Below are positions 35,153 to 44,908 of a stretch of DNA of 64,000 nt, one piece after another. Every line of letters begins with the position of its first letter. Position 1 is the stretch's first letter. Source of the stretch: Sulfolobales archaeon HS-7 (lineage in GTDB: Archaea; Thermoproteota; Thermoprotei_A; Sulfolobales; Sulfolobaceae); NCBI GenBank assembly GCA_019704295.1, contig AP024596.1, positions 1,408,001 to 1,472,000 on the forward strand, in the 5' to 3' direction. The notes under the pieces were generated by a model. That model saw only the letters and a list, made by a program, of their open reading frames with translations. It did not search any database and was not told where the DNA came from. The position numbers and the translations under genes were made by a program.

Positions 35153-36271
35153 GTGAAGGTACACCCTAACGTCGTCGAGTTGAAATACCTCGCTACGTCT
35201 CTGTTACTAGGGCTTGTGCTTTATTTCCTTTATGAGTACACTCTGTACTACCCCCTCACGTTAACTTCCCTCATATGGAATTCGATCATAGCAGTCCTTT
35301 TGGGGGCATTGACCCTCCTGTACATGAGGGAGTTCTCCTACGGAAGGGGGTTTACAACTTACCTGTGGGTAACTTTCGTTGTACTCCTAATCCTTAAGAG
35401 TCATGACATTTCCCCGGTTCTGCAGGGAGTTCCTTCCCTAGTAAGGGGATATTACCTTTTCCTCATGCCCATCGCCTACTCAATTGTATACGGCAGTCTC
35501 TTCTCCCTCTCGAGGTTCCTGATAGGAAGGAGAAGGTTGTTGTCATTACGAACAGGGCGACAGTACGCCTACGCTTCCCTCCTATACCTCCTCCTCATGT
35601 ACTTAACGTTTAGATATTACACGTCCTCCGACTTGAAGATCGTCTCTCCGGAGAGGCTTTTCCTCATCTTAGGAGTATCCTACCTGCTCTCCAACGTGAT
35701 TATCCTCTTTAACAAAATTGGGTACAACCTAGCTATAGCGGGAATACTTTTCTACGGGGTGTACCCCCTGTACGCCTTTTTAAAAACCAGCGTGAATTTA
35801 AGCGTTCTAATTCTGTTGGGAATACTAACGGCGTTCAGCTTCGCTTACTTCAGCCTAACGATGCGGGTTGAAACCAATTACAGGGGAATAGCGACGGGCA
35901 ACGTGGTTTCATCAATAAGTTCCGACGTTTACCTTCCGTTAATCGTGGTGGTAGTCTGGTCTGCGAGTTCCTATTTTCTCCACTTGAGTTCAATAAACAG
36001 CTACGATTTCCTGGTCGTGCTTTTCCCCATAGTCCTGGGTTCAGTAGTTATGGATACTGTGAAGGGATTAAAGGCGGACGTGTTACACCAGAGACAGACG
36101 GGAGAGAGAAGTTACGGAGTGATATGCGGTGTGGGGATGGCAGACGGTCTGTGGCTAAAGGTCCTTGCAATACTTATGTTCTACCTCCTTTTGGGATACC
36201 TGGGGTTACTGGAAGCCTTAGTGTTTTACGTGTTCTTATCGATTGTGATGCTAATACTCGCCAGAATATGA
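35153..36271 (+). CDS. Uncharacterised multi-pass membrane protein (~11 TM)
   Basis: 372-aa hydrophobic ORF behind a TTTTTAA box; divergent from the helicase. Confidence 0.75.
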   Translation: MKVHPNVVELKYLATSLLLGLVLYFLYEYTLYYPLTLTSLIWNSIIAVLLGALTLLYMREFSYGRGFTTYLWVTFVVLLILKSHDISPVLQGVPSLVRGYYLFLMPIAYSIVYGSLFSLSRFLIGRRRLLSLRTGRQYAYASLLYLLLMYLTFRYYTSSDLKIVSPERLFLILGVSYLLSNVIILFNKIGYNLAIAGILFYGVYPLYAFLKTSVNLSVLILLGILTAFSFAYFSLTMRVETNYRGIATGNVVSSISSDVYLPLIVVVVWSASSYFLHLSSINSYDFLVVLFPIVLGSVVMDTVKGLKADVLHQRQTGERSYGVICGVGMADGLWLKVLAILMFYLLLGYLGLLEALVFYVFLSIVMLILARI

Positions 36272-37043
36272 GGAACCTTAACGGATGGGGTTCGCCGGGG
36301 ATTCGAGGGTTCAAGAGAGGTTGCTCAGGTTAACCTGCATTAGCCACTTTGAGGAAAGTGGACGAGAGTTAGCTAACGAAGTAGAGGCGATCACGCGCTC
36401 GTTGCCGTTCATGAGAGTGGGATAAAAAACAGTGAATGGCTATCTAGGGCCCCTTAGTCCTTGCGTGGTACTGGTTTCCATCACAAATTGTAATTATTGA
36501 GGGAAGTATTAGATAAAGGAAATTATTAAGTGAGAATCCTCACTAGTCCTGAGGATATTCAATTAAATTTATCCTACTATTCTAAATAAACTGAATTTAA
36601 GGATGAACGGGTCGCGGTAGTATTGAGCTAGATTTGTCGTAACTAGTAAACGAGATGACATTGAGAGCGGAATTGAACGTGTTTGGCGAAATCCAGGCAG
36701 TTCTATCATACGGTAAATTACGGTAAAAAGTCCCGTAATAGTCCCTTGGGTTACAGTAAAATAACTCCGCTGACGTCTCTTCCCTTTTGCTTCAGGAATC
36801 TGTAAAAGGGCCTGTCCATAATAAGCAGGGATACCGTCATAGTCTTGTAGGCGGAGTAGAGAACAGCGTCGAATATATCGTTCCAGCCTGCGTGCATTAC
36901 CTGAAATACAGTACCTACGTCTATCATATCTAGTCTGCCCCAATTTATGGAAATTTGCTAGACCTTATCTTACGCCCTCAGGGGGCTCCTCAAATTTCAG
37001 CTTTTTCGCTTCTCTTGTGATACCGCTACAAGTTCGGTAAGCA

Positions 37044-37150
37044 TCATTGTAGGATAAAATATTTTTTTCTAAGTAGGTCGTCCTTAACTCCTCTCACCTT
37101 TATCCCCCCAAAGGGGAGTAAAAACGGAGTATCAACTATCAATTCCGAGA
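37044..37150 (-). pseudogene. Truncated VapC (PIN) remnant
   Basis: LIVDTPFLLPFGGIKVRG resembles a PIN N-terminus and overlaps the stop of the AbrB-like gene. Confidence 0.55.
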
Positions 37151-37551
37151 TTGTTGCTAATTTGCTCTCCAACGACCTCATCTGGGTCGATCTCGGCCCA
37201 ATACTTAGATGCCTTCCTGAGGGGTACAAGCTCGATTTTGTTGTCGTCCCTTAAGATTAAGATCAGCTTATCCTTCTCCTTTAGGTTCAGTTTTTCAGCT
37301 ACGCTTTTAGGGATGAAAATCGCGTTATTTATCAACTCAACTACAATTTCCGTAGGGTTATTCTGACTTTTCTGACTATTGAGTACCTCCTGTTCATCAT
37401 CAACCGATATGCCTTCTTCCATTCTAAAGCCTGACTTCACTACATTCAACCGCTCCACCTCCGCTCTAGCCTCGCGTTCGTAATACACTACCTTGTTTTC
37501 ATAATCAATCGCGTACCAGAATTTCATCAATTTATCCAAATATTTTTCCAT
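37132..37551 (-). CDS. AbrB/MazE-like antitoxin domain with an unrelated N-terminal extension
   Basis: C-terminal IFIPKSVAEKLNLKEKDKLILILRDDNKIELVP is an AbrB fold pattern. Confidence 0.65.
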   Translation of the reverse strand: MEKYLDKLMKFWYAIDYENKVVYYEREARAEVERLNVVKSGFRMEEGISVDDEQEVLNSQKSQNNPTEIVVELINNAIFIPKSVAEKLNLKEKDKLILILRDDNKIELVPLRKASKYWAEIDPDEVVGEQISNNLGIDS

Positions 37552-37641
37552 TTCCCTTATTTTATAATTTTGCTTACGTAAGTTTCAAATTCTAGAAGGG
37601 GAGATATAAACTGACGGTTATTATAGTGAATGACCGCGATT

Positions 37642-40409
37642 GTCTCAAAACCTGGTAGGAAGGCTACAAAACCGTTTGTCGGAAACTTCTCAGGAATGCT
37701 CTGGCTGGCTTTAAGCCGTCATAGGAAAGCTACAAACTATTCTCCTAGAAGCGAGTATTTCAAACAACTGACTAGTTTCAAGCCCTCATAGGAAAGCTAC
37801 AAACTCCTCGAGGAAATCGAAGAAAAACCAAACACATGGGGTTTCAAGCCCTCATAGGAAAGCTACAAACCATATCGTGATTTATACAAATACCTACAAG
37901 CATAGGGAGTTTCAAGCCCTCATAGGAAAGCTACAAACGATTATGAGGATATTGATTACTGCGATTTCGAGTAGTTTCAAGCCCTCTTAGGAAAGCTACA
38001 AACATGATACAAATGAGCGCTATACCTAGTATTCCGTCTTGAGTTTCAAGCCCTCATAGGAAAGCTACAAACCGCTCCCTCTTTGCCAAGCAGTTCCATA
38101 ACCCTATCTCCGTTTCAAGCCCTCATAGGAAAGCTACAAACCCAATACACATCTATCAAACCATGCAACATCGACTGGTTTCAAGCCCTCATAGGAAAGC
38201 TACAAACTCGCAAAATTATAGATTAATTGTAAATTTGTAATTTTGTTTCAAGCCCTCATAGGAAAGCTACAAACCAACCTGGTTGCTGAGATCAGGCTCG
38301 TGTACAACGGGTTTCAAGCCCTCATAGGAAAGCTACAAACGCGTCTTACCGAGATATGCGGTCGGAGCAGGGAATGGTTTCAAGCCCTCATAGGAAAGCT
38401 ACAAACCATGAGTTGGTGCGCCGGGCTCAACATATACAGCGAGTTTCAAGCCCTCATAGGAAAGCTACAAACTCGCATCTTGCACGCACTGAACAGTCAG
38501 TTCATCCTCAGTTTCAAGCCCTCACAGGAAAGCTACAAACACAGAAGAGGCAACTACTTGACCCAAAAGCGAAATAGGTTTCAAGCCCTCACAGGAAAGC
38601 TACAAACAGTGGCAAGACGTGAGGACTTTTGCGACCTAGTATCGGTTTCAAGCCCTCACAGGAAAGCTACAAACTATGAGAACATGCTGCAGGCAAAGAA
38701 AGCGGGAGAGAGTTTCAAGCCCTCATAGGAAAGCTACAAACCAATTCCGTAATTTGTATTTATGCCAGTTGGAACGGGTTTCAAGCCCTCATAGGAAAGC
38801 TACAAACAAGGTAGCCGGAAGGAAATTGGACGAAGTGGAGAGGTTTCAAGCCCTCATAGGAAAGCTACAAACGTACTCGTCTCAATGGTCTAAATATTCC
38901 AGATCAGAGTTTCAAGCCCTCATAGGAAAGCTACAAACAATATGTGTTATTAGCCCTAATACCATGGGAGACCTAGTTTCAAGCCCTCATAGGAAAGCTA
39001 CAAACCGTTAGGACCGACGCAACTTGTTCGTTCACACTAGAGGTTTCAAGCCCTCATAGGAAAGCTACAAACGCGTTACAAATTTTCCTACTAATCAAGA
39101 TGTAACTGGTTTCAAGCCCTCATAGGAAAGCTACAAACCAGGTTGGAGAAAAGGATTTTGGATGGAATTATACAGTTTCAAGCCCTCATAGGAAAGCTAC
39201 AAACGAATCCGGCGAATTTGAATCACCACGCCCCTGGCGTCAGTTTCAAGCCCTCATAGGAAAGCTACAAACTGATGAGGACATTTCAGAAGAAGTTGAC
39301 AGAATAGCCAGTTTCAAGCCCTCATAGGAAAGCTACAAACCCTCAGAGGGTTGATATAGGATGAGGATAAATTGGAGTCGTTTCAAGCCCTCATAGGAAA
39401 GCTACAAACTAATATAGCAATATATAATATACCTATATAGGAATATGTTTCAAGCCCTCGTAGGAAAGCTACAAACTTTTCGCCTTTCTCCATAAAACTA
39501 TCGATCTGTTTTAGGTTTCAAGCCCTCATAGGAAAGCTACAAACATAAGGAGGGGGTTTGAATTAGTCTCTACCAGGGATGTGTTTCAAGCCCTCATAGG
39601 AAAGCTACAAACCATTTATTCCATTTATTGCTGTCGATGATACGGCTAGTTTCAAGCCCTCATAGGAAAGCTACAAACTTAGCCGAAGCTGAACCAAATG
39701 AATTTGTGCGTATGAGTTTCAAGCCCTCATAGGAAAGCTACAAACCGAAGAGAAGGAAGAAACGCATTATTGAAAAAATTTGTTTCAAGCCCTCATAGGA
39801 AAGCTACAAACGAAAGAGTGAGGCTAGTTATGAAACGGTTATAGAGCAGGGTTTCAAGCCCTCATAGGAAAGCTACAAACGTAACAGGAAATTTTCCCGT
39901 CAATTTTACATACTATCAGTTTCAAGCCCTCATAGGAAAGCTACAAACAATTTTACATATTTACCCAAAATATTTCCGTAATTGTTTCAAGCCCTCATAG
40001 GAAAGCTACAAACATTTATAAACGAACGTAAACCGCCCATTACCGTATTGTTTCAAGCCCTCATAGGAAAGCTACAAACCAACATTAAACCGATAATATG
40101 ATGACCCGTATACGTTTCAAGCCCTCATAGGAAAGCTACAAACGTATTACACCTGCAGATCTAATTGCGTATATATCGAGTTTCAAGCCCTCATAGGAAA
40201 GCTACAAACCCGTATGCCGATTCAAATTCATACCAATATGTACACTGGTTTCAAGCCCTCATAGGAAAGCTACAAACAATGGTGTGCAACTATCGGTGAA
40301 CTATACGACCCCGAGTTTCAAGCCCTCATAGGAAAGCTACAAACGCGGACCACGATGCCTTTTACATCTACTTCTATTTGTTTCAATCCCTCATAGGAAA
40401 GCTACAAAC
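37642..40409 (-). CRISPR. CRISPR array 1: ~40 intact + 2 degenerate 30-bp repeats, ~34-39-bp spacers, transcribed on the minus strand
   Basis: Repeat gtttcaagccctcataggaaagctacaaac on +; degenerate trailer repeats at 37642 and 37708; leader on the right. Confidence 0.98.
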
Positions 40410-40614
40410 ACTCCTTCTTTTGTCCTTTCTCGTTCATAAATTTTTCGGTATCAAATTCGGCAATCTCGCTCTCCCTAGAGGTTACGTGAGGTTGCCGTCG
40501 ATAATTTACGTCTAAAAATATATGTTCTGTTATACATATTTTGGTATTACGTGGGGTTGCCGAATTCTTGTATGAAATAAAAAGTGAATATCAAAATAAA
40601 TAGAAGGATTATTT
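40410..40614 (-). promoter_or_regulatory. CRISPR leader of array 1
   Basis: AT-rich; reverse complement of 44704..44908 with ~3 mismatches; BRE/TATA-like cgaaaaatttatga ~25-30 bp from the first repeat. Confidence 0.92.
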
Positions 40615-41271
40615 ACTACTTATGGAGTTTTCTTTCCTTCACGAGAAAAACACGTAACGCTATGATCATGATATCCAGTTCCTAGAAGGATTAAGTTATG
40701 ACGAAGTTTAAGTTATTCAAGGCCAGGAACTTCAACGATCACCACGTTGATATAGGTAAGGTTCTGGACTCGGGTGTTCCCATAGCTATGTCAGAGGGGG
40801 TGTATATAGTGCCTTTGCATGAGTATTAACCTGTTTATACAAGACAAGTACTCTCACGTTACTAGGAGAGTCTGTAGGTCTTTCCCATGCACTTTGTAAT
40901 CATCGCTAAGCCCCTAAGGAACGAGTACCAGAGTACCCTTTCCTCCCAACCTGCCCCCAGTTTGGACTAATCTCCTTAATAGCTCCCCCCTCTCAATCCA
41001 TTGTTTAATAACGCCTTCAACTAAGGGGAGACGAGCTGGAAACTCCAGTATTCAGTAAAGTTTTTCGATTCAGCGGTTTCATGACATTATTCCCTGCTAG
41101 TCCCTCATTTGGTAGTCCGGTTCAGCAGTAAATCGGTTCATTATAGGATAAGATAAAGCGAACTCGTAAACCCTTGACGGTTCCACCAAAACTGCGGATA
41201 AGGTTTCCGCGTTCTCAACCAGAACAAACGCATACACGAATCTTTTTTTGCCGAAGAGTACATAGATCACA

Positions 41272-41736
41272 ATGAAGTGGAATAAGGCGGAATTTCAGGA
41301 CGGGCTCGTACTCTTCTCCTCTGATGAGATAGAGACTACTACTATAGTTATTTCAAAAAGGGGGATACACTCCATCTCATCTAAGAGGGACGTTATTCTA
41401 ATGGGATACGTTGAGTTCGGGAGGAAGGGCGAAATACGCTATTACGAGTTCGCCTTTACTCCTCCGCACGGTAAGGCAATGCTGACCAGGAGCTTCCTCG
41501 CTAAGGACCCTGAATTGAGAGAGAAGGCCTTGAGGATTGGGGACGCTCAGGAGTACCACGAGTTCATGTTGGAACTAGAGAGGGAGAGTAAGGAAAGGGA
41601 GGAGTGTTTGAGGAAGTTGAGGAGCGTGAGGGGTAACTTGGACGTAGATGAGGACTGCTTCGTAGAGAAATGCAGGAGAGTGGAACCTATCGCCGACGCA
41701 CTGAGGGAGTGTATCAAGCAAGAAGTTGAGGAATAA
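41272..41736 (+). CDS. Hypothetical protein (154 aa, Cys-containing helical C-terminus)
   Basis: Clean ORF with host-like codon usage; no recognised motif. Confidence 0.75.
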   Translation: MKWNKAEFQDGLVLFSSDEIETTTIVISKRGIHSISSKRDVILMGYVEFGRKGEIRYYEFAFTPPHGKAMLTRSFLAKDPELREKALRIGDAQEYHEFMLELERESKEREECLRKLRSVRGNLDVDEDCFVEKCRRVEPIADALRECIKQEVEE

Positions 41737-42086
41737 GGTCAACCCGGCCGTTTCAAACTCTCCTGAACTAAATTTACCCTTCCCTATTTATCTCAGCCCT
41801 TATTTCAGAATTATAACAACTTCCCTGGTTAACACTCAATTACCGCACTCCTTACCCTCTAAGGGTTGATTTATCAAAGGCGTTCCGTGATAAACCTCTC
41901 TACTTAACTTACAGTGTTACTTCAGTAAACTTAAGCTATACCACAAAACAGAGGAATTAACAGGGTGGCATTTTCTTGAAACCGCTAGGATACTTCGTTT
42001 TTCATTTACCTTGAGCCGATTCCCAGGTTTGGGTATCTAAAAGGGCACCTTAACCAGGACGTTTCACGGTAGGTCGGGACTTGCAC

Positions 42087-42415
42087 GTGAAGGCATACAA
42101 TGCGTAGTTAACATAACTAAATAAACTAAAAAGTTATAAAGCATGCCGGTTCAAAATTATGAGAAGAAATGTAATATAAAATAAGTTAATAAAAAATAAT
42201 TAATATTTTTCGTAACCTAAGGCTGAAAGAGGCTTACAACGTGAAGAGTTACGAGTTGGTAAAGGAGGCCGAACGTTTTAAGCTTATGAAATTAATCAAG
42301 TAGTTTAAATCCTCCCCCCCATTACTATAGTTGGATATACACTAAGGATCTAATTATTCCTTAGTGAAACTAAGACAATAAGGTAATAGCGTTTGTTCCA
42401 CATCATCGCGTCATT
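42087..42415 (-). mobile_element. Diverged MITE copy (IS5-like ends)
   Basis: ataactaaataaactaaaaagttataaagcatg matches the IS/MITE end; far end approximate. Confidence 0.55.
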
Positions 42416-42555
42416 CGAGGCCGGGATCGCGCCTCCCTGTAAGAGGTAATTTGAACAGGGGCTAACGTTATGAGAATTACAATTCTCAGAGCGTAACAGA
42501 TCTAAACGTAAAGTTCGTAAGATAAGTTTATATCCTAGCCCGTAATACTTCGAGT

Positions 42556-44136
42556 GTGGAAGAGACGTGCCCCCTATGTGGGAGCAGGCTCGGAGTTGCC
42601 ACCAGGAAAAGGGTACAGTGTAGGAATTGCAGATTCACTTTTAAGTTAAGGGAAATCGACCCTGAGAGGCTAAGTAGCCTCGTGAAAACAGGGAACGAAC
42701 TCTTTCACCAGGGGAGATATTATCACGCCTTCCTGACTTACCTACAGGGATTTGAGGAGTCCTGCTGGGAAATTAAGGAGGAGAATAGGAAATACTGCTT
42801 TGGCACAGCGTACAACATGGCTGTAGCTTGTTCAAGTCTGGCAAAGAAATTCATTGAGGACTCAAATCCCTCAACCAACGGTGCCGACATTTGGATTTTC
42901 AGAGGGAAGGAACTACTCAGATGGCTCAGGAGAAAAGGGGACGAGGGCGAAGATATTCCCAAATTAGAGAAGGAGTTAAAGGAACTGGAGAGCGTGGATG
43001 GTGAAAAACAGGTAGACCACGATTCCAATTCTGGGAATAGCGAGGTGAGCGAAACGTCAAGCGAATCAAAGGATGAGTCCGAGGACGCTGAATCCAATTT
43101 TCAGAGACCACAGGTAGCGAAGAGGATTACCCCTCTCATAACCTACACGAATGAAGGGGTGATCTCCGAGATATATCCCGGAAAAAGCGTAATCGACTTC
43201 TCGTCGATCGCGGGGTATTCCTCAGTAAAGGAACAGCTCTTTGAGTTCGTGGTGCTCAGGCACAGGAAACCGGAAATAATGGAGAGATATGGGTTGGATT
43301 CTGTTGCTAACGTACTGCTCTATGGTCCTCCCGGTAACGGGAAGACCCTAATGATCGAGGCACTGGCCGGGGAGATGGGAATCCCCTACCTAATTATAAC
43401 CCCCAGTACAGTGCTTAACATGTACACGGGGACTAGCGAGAGAAACCTGGCTACGATATTCAACTTCGCAAAGAGTAACTCACCTTTACTTCTGGGAATT
43501 GACGAGTTAGATGGAATAGGATATGATAGGAATCTCAGAGTCGGAGATAGCACAATAACCGTGATTTCCCAATTACTATTTGAGATAGGGGAACTCAGGA
43601 GTTCGGCGGAATCCGTCTTCGTTGTCGGGACGAGCAACTCCCCTTGGTTAATAGATCCCGCTTTGTTGAGGACGGGAAGATTCGATAAGTGGATATTCGT
43701 CCCGCATCCCTGCAAGGAGGAGAGGAAATCAATATTTGAGTACTACCTAAAGAAACATGGGAATTTCGACCTTGAGAAGTTCGCGAAGATGACGGAATGG
43801 GCATCAGCGTCCGAGATAAGATCAATAGTTACGGACGCACTTATGAAGAAGGCAAGAGACGCATACTTGTCAGGAGACTTTCCTCCACTAACTGAGGAAG
43901 ATCTTGAGCAGGCAATCAAGGTTAGGGGGAACCTGGGAGTTGTAACGAAAAGATGGTACGTTGAGGCCTATCACGCCTTGTCGTGGAATTCCCTTGGAGT
44001 GGAGGGGCCTGTCTTAGATTTCATAGCCAAAGCTGTCAAATCCATGGAGAACGATGGTGGCAATGCCTTTTTTAAAGAGGTTGCGCTTCCGGGTTCTCAT
44101 GTCTTATCTCATTCCTCAGTCCTTGGGCTACACTGA
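42556..44136 (+). CDS. Single-domain classical AAA+ ATPase (Cdc48/Vps4-like) with N-terminal Zn ribbon, TPR/MIT-like helices and acidic linker
   Basis: CPLC..CRNC; GNELFHQGRYYHA; Walker A GPPGNGKT; pore loop MYTG; Walker B IDELD; SRH NSPWLIDPALLRTGRFD. Confidence 0.9.
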   Translation: MEETCPLCGSRLGVATRKRVQCRNCRFTFKLREIDPERLSSLVKTGNELFHQGRYYHAFLTYLQGFEESCWEIKEENRKYCFGTAYNMAVACSSLAKKFIEDSNPSTNGADIWIFRGKELLRWLRRKGDEGEDIPKLEKELKELESVDGEKQVDHDSNSGNSEVSETSSESKDESEDAESNFQRPQVAKRITPLITYTNEGVISEIYPGKSVIDFSSIAGYSSVKEQLFEFVVLRHRKPEIMERYGLDSVANVLLYGPPGNGKTLMIEALAGEMGIPYLIITPSTVLNMYTGTSERNLATIFNFAKSNSPLLLGIDELDGIGYDRNLRVGDSTITVISQLLFEIGELRSSAESVFVVGTSNSPWLIDPALLRTGRFDKWIFVPHPCKEERKSIFEYYLKKHGNFDLEKFAKMTEWASASEIRSIVTDALMKKARDAYLSGDFPPLTEEDLEQAIKVRGNLGVVTKRWYVEAYHALSWNSLGVEGPVLDFIAKAVKSMENDGGNAFFKEVALPGSHVLSHSSVLGLH

Positions 44137-44142
44137 AGTCAC

Positions 44143-44657
44143 GGGAGAGCGTCTAATGTGCAATAAGTGTTATTTACTTTAAAAACTAAATTTTAATAAG
44201 TGGGAGTAACCTACTTTACACTACTCAATCAGGACGATAGGATAAGGAGAGCCAGAGTGAGTAACCCCCTTTACTAACTTACTATTATACTTTGTCAGAC
44301 CTTAAAAACCAAGCTTTTTAGTTTGTACATATAAACCTACCAAAACATAATTCCTATATTCCACATAGTAAGGCATGTTGTGCAACACCCCAAGAGAGAT
44401 TTTCCTTGACCCTAAGGGTATGACCAAGTATAAAATACCCGACAACAACCTCAGTAAACTTCGAGCTCGTCACGTTGAAAACTCAATTTTTACCTCTGTT
44501 CAATAAAGGATATATAGTCAGTTACGAGTAATTATGTTAACTAATTTTATATTATGTCTTCTCGTGTAATTAAGCGAATTTAATTTTGAAGAGGCGTGTT
44601 TCATAACTTTTTACTTTATCTAGTTATTCACATTAATTGTGCATCGAACACCGTCAC
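44143..44657 (+). mobile_element. Non-autonomous derivative (~515 bp) of the IS5-like element
   Basis: Ends gggagagcgtctaatgtgcaataa / ataactttttactttatctagttattcacattaatt...acaccgtcac. Confidence 0.7.
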
Positions 44658-44703
44658 GTGAAGTATGATTCGCGAGGGAAAATTAGAACTTCTCGATAGT
44701 GAC

Positions 44704-44908
44704 AAATAATTCTTCTATTTATTTTGATATTCACTTTTTATTTCATACAAGAATTCGGCAACCCCACGTAATACCAAAATATGTATAACAGAACATATAT
44801 TTTTAGACGTAAATTATCGACGGCAACCTCACGTAACCTCTAGGGAGAGCGAGATTGCCGAATTTGATACCGAAAAATTTATGAACGAGAAAGGACAAAA
44901 TAATGAGT
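44704..44908 (+). promoter_or_regulatory. CRISPR leader of array 2
   Basis: Inverted near-identical copy of 40410..40614; TATA-like box at ~44878; internal cggcaacc.cacgtaa repeats. Confidence 0.92.

Noticed and set aside
36569-36943. 124-aa minus-strand ORF, and short ORFs 3676..3867, 36124..36333, 50605..50820
   Set aside because: Atypical composition, no motifs or clear promoter; probably spurious or decayed.
38243-39011. ORFs with repeating FQALIGKLQT / VSSPHRKATN (also 46679..47026, 47864..48088, 48929..49147)
   Set aside because: Translations of CRISPR repeats, not genes.
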